Source: Ignicoccus hospitalis KIN4/I (lineage in GTDB: Archaea; Thermoproteota; Thermoprotei_A; Sulfolobales; Ignicoccaceae). From it: a stretch of 32,000 nucleotides of DNA. The stretch's first letter is position 1. Each line of letters opens with the position of its first letter. A program made the position numbers and the translations under genes. The notes beneath the pieces are model-generated. The model did not search any database. It saw only the letters and a list, made by a program, of their open reading frames with translations, and was not told where the DNA came from. The DNA is taken from NCBI RefSeq assembly GCF_000017945.1, contig NC_009776.1, positions 990,001-1,022,000 on the forward strand, read 5' to 3'. Shown here piece after piece: positions 23,186 through 30,357 of the stretch.

Positions 23186-23424
23186 TAGTTTCTTACGACA
23201 TAAAGGACGATAGGAAGAGGCTTAAGGTAATGAAGCGGCTACTGGCCTTGGGGTTCTCTAGGCTCCAGAAGAGCGTTTACGTGAGGAGGGGCAGCAGGGG
23301 AGACGCCAAAGACGCTTTCAACGCAACAGTAAAGTACTTGGACGACGGAGATAAATTATTCATCATAGTTGTGAGCGACAAGGAGTTCAGGGAGGCGTGG
23401 GCCGTTGAAGGGAAGGTTGGTTAA
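23176..23424 (+). CDS. cas2: Cas2
   Basis: VYVIVSYDIKDDRKRLKVMKRLLALGFSRLQKSVYV is the canonical Cas2 N-terminal ferredoxin-fold signature. I place the start at GTG 23176 (GTG 23167 is an alternative). The track's upstream start at 23092 would add about 28 residues read through the cas1 3' end. Confidence 0.85.
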   Translation: MYVIVSYDIKDDRKRLKVMKRLLALGFSRLQKSVYVRRGSRGDAKDAFNATVKYLDDGDKLFIIVVSDKEFREAWAVEGKVG

Positions 23425-23923
23425 CGCTTACGCGCTCTGCCCGGCCTTCGCCTACTTCAAGTACCACTTCCCCGAGCCCCAGACCCCTTCCATGGAGCTG
23501 GGGAAGGAATTGGACGTGAGGGAGTTGGTTGAGAAGTTCGTGAGGCCGAAGTGCGAGGTGAGGTACCAAGTCCCGCTGAGGGGGAAGCTGGGCTCCGGAA
23601 GGGCCGACGCGGTGGTGCTCTGCGAGGGGCGACTGGAGGTGGTGGAGGCGAAGCTGGGCGGGGGGTTTAAGAGGCAACAGCTCGCCCAAGCGGCGTTCTA
23701 CTGCTTGTTGGCGGAGGAGCAGTTCGGCCTCCCCTGCGAGGCCCTCTGGCTCTGCTCGCCCGAGGGGTGCGAGAGGAGGCCCTTCAGCTACTCCTTGAGG
23801 GAACACGTGAAGGGCTTGTTAGAAGCCTTGGAAAGGGACTTGGACGTCTTGCCTAGGGGTAGGCCTTCGAGGTACTGCAGCTACTGCAAGTACTCAAGCC
23901 TGTGTCCTTGGAGACCTCCTTAA
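23405..23923 (+). CDS. cas4: Cas4 (RecB-like exonuclease with Fe-S cysteines)
   Basis: 172 aa with an N-terminal Cys (NAYALCPAFAYF), a nuclease core (GRADAVVL...LEVVEAKLG), a QxxxY-like segment (QQLAQAAFYCLLAEE) and the C-terminal motif CSYCKYSSLC. TTG start. Confidence 0.85.
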   Translation: MKGRLVNAYALCPAFAYFKYHFPEPQTPSMELGKELDVRELVEKFVRPKCEVRYQVPLRGKLGSGRADAVVLCEGRLEVVEAKLGGGFKRQQLAQAAFYCLLAEEQFGLPCEALWLCSPEGCERRPFSYSLREHVKGLLEALERDLDVLPRGRPSRYCSYCKYSSLCPWRPP

Positions 23924-24638
23924 CTATCCCATAGACCTTAGGTAGCTCGCGCTCGATTTCCTTCTCCACGTCCTCCAAGGTCTTCCCCCTCTCCTCCAAG
24001 GCCCTCCTCACGTAGCCGCTGGGCTTCTGGGCGCTGTCGGCCCTTCTCGCCAAGGCCGCCGCGACGCTGTCGGCCAAGCTCAAGAAGCCCGCCAACACGA
24101 AGCCCTTTGCCAACGTGGGCAACTGGTTCCCGAGCGACCGGGCTTCCCCCTCTATCGACTCCAATTTCACCTTCAGCCCCTTCAACTCCTTCAGCTCCGG
24201 CATCAAGTTCCCGAGGAGGCCCACGTCCCCAAGAGGGGCGTTGAAGTGTTTACACTCCTCCAACATCCTCATGGCGTGGTGGTGCCTCAACACTGCGTAG
24301 AATATGGCCTCGTGCTCCAACCCGGCCCCCCTCAGTTGGGGCCCCAACTCCAACACCACTTGGGCCGAGAGCACCTCGTGACACTTGAAGGAAAGCTTGC
24401 CCTCGAGTTTAGAGTTCTTGAGTATTTCGTACCTTCTGAGCACGTCGTCGTTTGCCTTCCCGACGTCGTGCAACAGCGCCGCTATTACGAACTCGCCCAC
24501 CAGCCCGTGTACCTCCAGCTCGTCCTCGAACAGCGCTAAGCCCGCGGCAGCCGTCCTAAGGCTGTGCTCACAGAGGCCCTCGAAGACCTCCTTCCCTCCC
24601 CTCACCTCGTAGAACGCCGGCGCGTCAACGCAAGTCAA
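23853..24638 (-). CDS. cas3: Cas3'' HD-domain nuclease
   Basis: 261 aa with HD motifs (CEHSLRT, AALLHDVGK, CHEVLS, AVLRHHHAM). It lies directly downstream of the cas3' helicase, which is the split Cas3 arrangement typical of type I-A. Confidence 0.85.
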   Translation of the reverse strand: MTCVDAPAFYEVRGGKEVFEGLCEHSLRTAAAGLALFEDELEVHGLVGEFVIAALLHDVGKANDDVLRRYEILKNSKLEGKLSFKCHEVLSAQVVLELGPQLRGAGLEHEAIFYAVLRHHHAMRMLEECKHFNAPLGDVGLLGNLMPELKELKGLKVKLESIEGEARSLGNQLPTLAKGFVLAGFLSLADSVAAALARRADSAQKPSGYVRRALEERGKTLEDVEKEIERELPKVYGIVKEVSKDTGLSTCSSCSTSKAYP

Positions 24639-26256
24639 CTCTCATCCCCCACCCCTTTCTGTACTCGTCCGCTGGGACCTCCACGGCCAAGCTCAAGGCG
24701 CCGTACTTCTCGAGGAGCGTCGAGTAGGCTCTACACGAGGCCTTGGGGCTGTTCTTAGCCTTGACGAGCCTTTTGAGAAAGTTGCTGACGTCCCCTTCGC
24801 TCAAGGGCTCCTCGCCGCCGAACTTAACGGCCTTCACGCCGCTCACCTCCAAACCCCTCTTGAGCGCTCCCGCGAGCCAGCTCAAGGAGACCTCTAGCCT
24901 CTCCTCGCCCGCCCTGAGCTCTATTAGCGCGGAGTCCCTCACGAACGAGCAGAGCTCGTCCAGCAGCTCTTTTATGCCCTTTATGTTCGGCAAAGGCGTA
25001 GTTATTATTTTAGTAATCGTGCTCTTAGTTTGGTAAGGTTTGAAGTTACTCTCCAACGCGTTTATCAAGCTCAAGAAGGTCTTCCCGCTCTGCGTGTCGT
25101 CCAGTTCCCTCCACTCTATCCCACCTCCCTCCGCTACTTCCTTCACCGTCTTGAAGGCCTTCTCGGAGGCGTCGCCGTAAGGATCTCCCTTGGAGGGCGC
25201 GAGCACCGTTACCTTAGCTACGTCGCAGTCCCTAGACCTACAGAGCCTCCCGGCCCTCTGGGCCAGGGAGCTGACGGGCGCGGCCTCGGTTATCAGCCAA
25301 GTGGCGTCCACGTCGACTCCGGCCTCTATCACTTGGGTGCTGACCACGACCTTAGCTTTCTCTATCTTGTTCACAGAATTTTTCTTATCCTCCTCGCTCA
25401 GCCTCCCGTGGACCAGCACCAAGTCGCTGCCGAAGTAAGGCCTAAGGAGCTCGGCCGCCTTGATGGCCTCCTTAACGGTGTTGGCAACTATCAGCACCTT
25501 CCCAGAGGAGGCTTCGTCCTCTACCCTCTTCAACTCGCTTTGGAGGTAGTTCAGCAGCGTGACTCCCTCCGCCTCCGTCTCCCAGCGGACGTCCGAGGAG
25601 AAGTCGTTTACCCTCTTTATGTTTCTCAAGCCGCCGTAACAACCCTTACAGACCGCGACCACCTCGGCCTTGGGCTTCATTTTCTTAACTATCTTCTTCA
25701 GCTCGACCTCCGGCAAGGTCGCGGTGGCGACTAACACCTTGAACCTCAAGCCTTGGGAGAGGGCGCCGAGGGCCTCCAAGGAGGCGTGGAGGAAGTCCCT
25801 CCCGGCGCTCTCGCCCCCGCTCCAAGGTTCTGAGAGCAAGTGGGCCTCGTCGAACACCACCAAGGAAGAGAACAAATTGGCTCTGGGGTACTCGTAGTGG
25901 CCGTAGCTGTACTTCAACGCCCACCCGAGCTCCGCCGGGGGCAGCCTCAACAAGTTCAAGGACAAGTAGTCTACCGTCGAAACTACCCTCTTGCCCCCGA
26001 AGTAGGGACACTTGCCCTCCAGCTGAAGGCCGGACGCGTGACACGCCTCCCCGTACTCGCGGAGCAAGAAGTTATATTGAGATATTACCAAGCTCCTCAA
26101 AGGCATGGAATGGACGCTCCTCGGGAGCTTCAGCCGGTCTTGCATGTAGGGTACTCCCTTGCTCTTCCCGTAGCTGGTCGGGGCTACCATGACGACGTTG
26201 CTCTCCTCCAGAAGCCTTACCGCCTCTTCGTGAGCGGCCTTAGGCTTGAAAGGCAC
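24625..26256 (-). CDS. cas3: Cas3' superfamily 2 helicase
   Basis: 543 aa with motif I (VAPTSYGKS), the DEAH box (VVFDEAHLL), later SF2 motifs (VATATLP, HGRLSEEDK, VSTQVIEAGVDVD, AQRAGRLCR). Confidence 0.9.
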   Translation of the reverse strand: MPFKPKAAHEEAVRLLEESNVVMVAPTSYGKSKGVPYMQDRLKLPRSVHSMPLRSLVISQYNFLLREYGEACHASGLQLEGKCPYFGGKRVVSTVDYLSLNLLRLPPAELGWALKYSYGHYEYPRANLFSSLVVFDEAHLLSEPWSGGESAGRDFLHASLEALGALSQGLRFKVLVATATLPEVELKKIVKKMKPKAEVVAVCKGCYGGLRNIKRVNDFSSDVRWETEAEGVTLLNYLQSELKRVEDEASSGKVLIVANTVKEAIKAAELLRPYFGSDLVLVHGRLSEEDKKNSVNKIEKAKVVVSTQVIEAGVDVDATWLITEAAPVSSLAQRAGRLCRSRDCDVAKVTVLAPSKGDPYGDASEKAFKTVKEVAEGGGIEWRELDDTQSGKTFLSLINALESNFKPYQTKSTITKIITTPLPNIKGIKELLDELCSFVRDSALIELRAGEERLEVSLSWLAGALKRGLEVSGVKAVKFGGEEPLSEGDVSNFLKRLVKAKNSPKASCRAYSTLLEKYGALSLAVEVPADEYRKGWGMRVDLR

Positions 26257-27273
26257 CTAGACCACCGCTTCTTTGGTTATTTTCTTTATCTTATTGACCA
26301 GCGCCCGGACGCGCGCGTCTTCCTCCTCAGCACACCTTCGGGCGCAGTCGTACAAGTGGACGGGGTTCTTCGAGGTCGCGTACAAGAACGCGTCGTTCAT
26401 ACAAGCGCAAGCGAGCTCCGGGCGCTGGCCCAGCGATCTCACTAGGTCCCTCACGAGGTCTCTTGTTAGGGAACACAACAGCTCGCTCGCGAGTATAGGC
26501 GTCACGGAGTACACCAGCGCCCTGTTGCCGCCCCCTACGGCCGCTATGGTGAGGACGTCGTTGGGGGCGTAGCAGTTCAAGTTTATCCTCCCCTCCTCCA
26601 CCCCCTTCCGGAACTCGTTGGCGATTAGGAACTGTAACAACAGTTCTGAAGAACAAGGGAGCTTGTCCAACTTGTACTTGTTCAAGCTCAAGCCCTCCAG
26701 CAGTTCGTACCTAGAACGTATCCCCAAGGCCACCTCCGGCAGTTCTCTGAGCTCCTCCGGCAGCGGGGGGAGGAGCATCGTTGTAAAGTCTCCCACTTGT
26801 CCGAGAACGGAAAGCGCGAGCCCCAGCAGCGCCAAGGCCTCGCCCTTAGGGTCTTGTATCTCGCTCAGTTTCCTCTCATCCTTTGCTGCTAGGAAGCTCT
26901 TCACGTGCTTGAACATAGTAGCTTTCAAGATCGATAGGTGGGACGCGTTCGTACTCTCAAGCTCCGCGAGCTTCTTCGCCGCCCCCAGCAACCTCTCCTT
27001 GTTTGTTTGGAACCTCTCCTTGTAGTCGGGACCCAACACCTTAGGGAAGAAGTGTCTGTAATCGTTACCGAACAAGGGTATGGAAGCTTTCACTTTGTTC
27101 AAGTGCTGGTCAGCCTTGTTCGCGAGCTCCTCTATCGCTTCGTAGAAGCTTTCATCCTCTACCTCCAAGTAATCTACCCTGTACTCCTTTACTTCCAGCT
27201 CCTCGCTCAAGTACACCGCGAGCGCTTGGAAGTACCTACCTAACATGAATGGTGGGAGGAGATACACTCTCAC
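26257..27273 (-). CDS. cas8a2: Probable Cas8a-family large subunit (Csa4/Cas8a2-like)
   Basis: 338 aa (about the size of Csa4). It is translationally coupled between cas5a and cas3' within the interference operon. I recognise no sequence motif, so the call rests on position and size. Confidence 0.5.
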   Translation of the reverse strand: MRVYLLPPFMLGRYFQALAVYLSEELEVKEYRVDYLEVEDESFYEAIEELANKADQHLNKVKASIPLFGNDYRHFFPKVLGPDYKERFQTNKERLLGAAKKLAELESTNASHLSILKATMFKHVKSFLAAKDERKLSEIQDPKGEALALLGLALSVLGQVGDFTTMLLPPLPEELRELPEVALGIRSRYELLEGLSLNKYKLDKLPCSSELLLQFLIANEFRKGVEEGRINLNCYAPNDVLTIAAVGGGNRALVYSVTPILASELLCSLTRDLVRDLVRSLGQRPELACACMNDAFLYATSKNPVHLYDCARRCAEEEDARVRALVNKIKKITKEAVV

Positions 27274-28151
27274 GTTTCACCACCCTCGACGCAGTACTTG
27301 TTCAAACACCAGGCCTTCTTGATAACTAAGGAGTCCTCACACTTCCCCTTCACCCCTCTTGGAGGGGTGAGGAAGAACTGGTCCGAGAGGGGGCCGGCGG
27401 GAACCAAGTAGACGTCGTACTTCGGATCCCCGCCGCAGAAGGTCTCCCTGCCGGGCCTCCACATAACTATTGGGACCGCTTTGCCTAACTTCCTTACTAC
27501 GGATCCCTTCCTAGCGTAGAAGCAGCTCTCCACCTCCTCCTCTTTGGTAACCTCTCCCACCTCTTTCTTCTTGGTACTGACGATACCTTCCTTAACGCCT
27601 ATTCTCCTAATTGTAACCCTCTCCAAAGCGTCCATTACCTCCTCACCTTTCAAGTCCTTCCTTATCGCGCGGAGCTCGCCCACCAACTCCTTTTCGTCAA
27701 GCACGACCATCATCCAGAGCAGACCCTTGGGGGCGTAGGCTGAGGTTATAGCTTGTACGCCAAACATCCTGACTTTATTTATTTCATCTCCTTCGTGTAC
27801 GTTGCCGGGATTCAAGTAAGGTGCTTGGAGCAGTCTGTTTATTTCAGATTTCAGCGCCACCCCCACGGGGCTCTCCGGGCTCAACGCGAAGGCCGCCCCC
27901 TTGGTAGCCTTGAAAACTGCATAAGCAGTGCTGCAAAGCCCCTCCTTCGACCTCTTTCGACCCCTCTTCGCGGCCTTTCCGGCCACCTTTATTGTCTCGC
28001 CCAAGCCCAAGGTTATAGCCAAGGCTTCCGCCAGCGCGCCTATCGCGGTGCTGGGGGGCGGCAGGGGAGGCGCCAGCTGGGCGGCGGAGCTCATAGGGTA
28101 CCTAACGCTAAAGCCCCAAGCTAGCTCCAACTCAAAGAATAAACCCATCAT
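27270..28151 (-). CDS. cas5a: Cas5a
   Basis: 293 aa. The N-terminal LELAWGFSVRYPMSSAAQLAPPLPPPSTAIGALAEAL fits the Cas5 signature (P-xPPPST-xGAL), and RRIGVKEGIV fits the Cas5 C-terminal motif. Confidence 0.8.
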   Translation of the reverse strand: MMGLFFELELAWGFSVRYPMSSAAQLAPPLPPPSTAIGALAEALAITLGLGETIKVAGKAAKRGRKRSKEGLCSTAYAVFKATKGAAFALSPESPVGVALKSEINRLLQAPYLNPGNVHEGDEINKVRMFGVQAITSAYAPKGLLWMMVVLDEKELVGELRAIRKDLKGEEVMDALERVTIRRIGVKEGIVSTKKKEVGEVTKEEEVESCFYARKGSVVRKLGKAVPIVMWRPGRETFCGGDPKYDVYLVPAGPLSDQFFLTPPRGVKGKCEDSLVIKKAWCLNKYCVEGGET

Positions 28152-28154
28152 GTT

Positions 28155-29207
28155 TTACTTTGCCCCCTTTAGCAGCTCCAAAGCTTTCTCGCCGGCCTTA
28201 GAGACCGCCTCCAAGTAGCTCCCGACCTTCTCAACGCTCACCGCGTCGCAGCCCTTGAGCTCCTCAACCCCTTCTTTGTCTTCCTTGTCTTTCTTATCTT
28301 CCTTGTCGAAGTAGAATACCCAAGCCTTTACACCCAAGCTACACAGCCTCTCCACAGTGTCCTTGACGTAGTCCTTGTCGTTACCGGGAGTGGCCTCGAA
28401 GGGGAGGGTAGTAACGACCGCTTGTAAGCTGTACACGTCCCAAACCGGGTTGAACCTAGTCCTCTTCGCGCCGAACAGCATGGTGCCTAAGAACCTCTTC
28501 AAGGCCACCACGGCCGCTTCCGCCCTCCTCAGCCTCTCCTCCGCCGGCAGCTCTCCCGGGGCCTTGCCCAAGTCGGCGTTCTCAGAGCTTAACTTCCCTA
28601 TCTCGCTGACGTCCAAGCTGAAGTTGAAGTTGTACAAGGCGCTGCCCACCTCTACGTAGTAGAGTATCTGGCCCTCCTCTTGCTGTGCGCCGGCGAAGCG
28701 GACGTGTATCTCCGGCTCGGAGCCGAAGGCGCCCTCTCGCAAGCTGTCCAAGGTCGGCAACATGTAACCGACGCGGAACCTCGAGGTCCTCTTGACAGCT
28801 TTGTCGGTGAACAAGAAGCCTCCGACGTCCTCCACCACGCACTCCTCCACGATCTTCCTTTCGATGTCTATCTGGCTAACGTTCTTCGCCTTAACGTCTA
28901 TGGAGTGGCCACACTGGGTTGCCATCTTACTGTCGTTGCTCTTTATGAAAACCTTCTGCTCGCAGCACTTGCAGACCGGTAGCCCCATCTCTTTAGCCAC
29001 GTCAGCTAAGTGGGACTGGTAGGCGTGGGCCAAGCTCTCCCCGCTAATAGCTGGTACGTAAACTACCCTGAAGCCTTGGTTGGTCTTCAACACCACCGGC
29101 GCCTTCCTGTGCCTGGTTACGTTGCCCACGCTCTCGGCCATGTTTAACGCTTCCGCGTTCAAGAGTATGCGTCCGCTAACGCTAAGGCCCACGAACACGC
29201 CCATCAC
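28155..29207 (-). CDS. cas7: Cas7 (Csa2) backbone subunit
   Basis: 350 aa. GRILLNAEALNMAESVGNVTRHRKAPVV and YVPAISGESLAHAYQSHLA are characteristic of the Csa2/Cas7 family. Confidence 0.9.
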   Translation of the reverse strand: MMGVFVGLSVSGRILLNAEALNMAESVGNVTRHRKAPVVLKTNQGFRVVYVPAISGESLAHAYQSHLADVAKEMGLPVCKCCEQKVFIKSNDSKMATQCGHSIDVKAKNVSQIDIERKIVEECVVEDVGGFLFTDKAVKRTSRFRVGYMLPTLDSLREGAFGSEPEIHVRFAGAQQEEGQILYYVEVGSALYNFNFSLDVSEIGKLSSENADLGKAPGELPAEERLRRAEAAVVALKRFLGTMLFGAKRTRFNPVWDVYSLQAVVTTLPFEATPGNDKDYVKDTVERLCSLGVKAWVFYFDKEDKKDKEDKEGVEELKGCDAVSVEKVGSYLEAVSKAGEKALELLKGAK

Positions 29208-29650
29208 CCCAACGCGTTTATTGCGATTATCTTAAGCGTCAAAAACGCCTTCTTCTTACTCTTCTCATCCACAAAAGAGTGCTTGAGGTCGTCGACCTCC
29301 CTCATGGCGAGTTTGTAAAGGGCTTCAGCGTCGCAGCAGCACTCCTCCCCGACCTTCTTGCACTCGGCTGGACACTTGCCCTCGTAGCAGTACTGGGGCC
29401 TCCCTCCCTCGTCCTTGAGCTCGCCGAACTTTCTGACGAACCTCCGAACCTCTTCAACCTTATTACTAGTTATTATAGTCTTCAGAGTCCTCATTGCGTC
29501 GTACAAAGTGTTCAGAGCTACTTCCTCGTTAACCGCGTTGGCCAGCCTATCTATTATGTTGAACTGTCTGACCTCCTTGTCCGCGAAGTAAGAGAGCGCC
29601 CGGGGCAGCCAGTAGTACTCCTCGTTGCTGCGACGTCTCTCTTCACCCAA
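29204..29650 (-). CDS. csa5: Probable Csa5 (type I-A small subunit, Cas11-like) with a Cys-rich insert
   Basis: 148 aa, the first gene of the interference operon directly upstream of cas7, which is where Csa5 sits in type I-A loci. It looks helical and carries six Cys in 19 residues (CYEGKCPAECKKVGEECCC). The call rests on position and size. Confidence 0.55.
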   Translation of the reverse strand: MGEERRRSNEEYYWLPRALSYFADKEVRQFNIIDRLANAVNEEVALNTLYDAMRTLKTIITSNKVEEVRRFVRKFGELKDEGGRPQYCYEGKCPAECKKVGEECCCDAEALYKLAMREVDDLKHSFVDEKSKKKAFLTLKIIAINALG

Positions 29651-29784
29651 AGCTTTCGTTCCCGAAGAAACGTCGCCCCACCGAGCTAAATCTCTACATT
29701 GTATTTTGCCAGTAAACCCCGAGGCGACAGGCCGAGGGAGGGGGCCATAGGGAGTTGACCGGAGGAGTCAAGGGGGGCTAAAGT

Positions 29785-30357
29785 TTGAGGGCCCACGTCC
29801 CCTTGGGCTTCGACGCCACGCAGCCGATAACGTGCGTTTCTTCCCATTTAGGAGAAGTGACGGAAGTGGTAATTTACGTCCCGAAGGAGAGGTCGCCGAA
29901 GGCGGAGGAGGCCTTAAACGCTTTCCTCGCCTTCTTGAAGGGAGCAGGAAAGAGGTCCGAGGTAGTTTACTTAAACCCTTGCGACGGCGAGACGCTATTC
30001 CAAATGGTAATGAATATGGGAGATGATAACTTGATCTGTGGGGGCTCGGGGCTGAGGGTCCTCGGGCTCCAGCTCCTCTTGGCTTGTGTCTTGAGCCGCT
30101 CCCGGTGTAAGCTGTGGGCGGGCCACGAGGGAGGGGGACCTTGTCTGGACTTGAGGGTCCCCGACCCCTTCGAGAGCAAGCTGGAGGCCCGGGCCTACGC
30201 GGCGTTGGCCTTGAAGGGCGAGGCGAGTTTGGACGAGCTGAGCAAGGAACTCGGAGTTAACAAGAAGACCTTGTGGAGCGCCCTTGAGAGGTTGGAGAAA
30301 AACGGGTTGGTGGAAAAGCCTAAGAGGGGAATCTACCGGGCGAAGCCCCTCAGTTGA
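29785..30357 (+). CDS. csa3: Csa3 CRISPR-associated transcriptional regulator (CARF + winged HTH)
   Basis: 190 aa, divergent from the csa5-cas7 operon as in other type I-A loci. It has a CARF-like N-terminal domain (CGGSGLRVLGLQLLLA) and a C-terminal wHTH (ASLDELSKELGVNKKTLWSALERLEKNGLVEK). Confidence 0.75.
   Translation: MRAHVPLGFDATQPITCVSSHLGEVTEVVIYVPKERSPKAEEALNAFLAFLKGAGKRSEVVYLNPCDGETLFQMVMNMGDDNLICGGSGLRVLGLQLLLACVLSRSRCKLWAGHEGGGPCLDLRVPDPFESKLEARAYAALALKGEASLDELSKELGVNKKTLWSALERLEKNGLVEKPKRGIYRAKPLS

Noticed and set aside
25355-28187. Apparent enrichment of AGCTTTC strings throughout the cas interference operon, as evidence for multiple operator sites
   Set aside because: Inside coding regions these strings are the reverse complement of GAA-AGC-T (Glu-Ser and similar) codon pairs on the coding strand, so they are explained by coding. 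Only the intergenic copies (21401, 21449, 29649) are kept as candidates.
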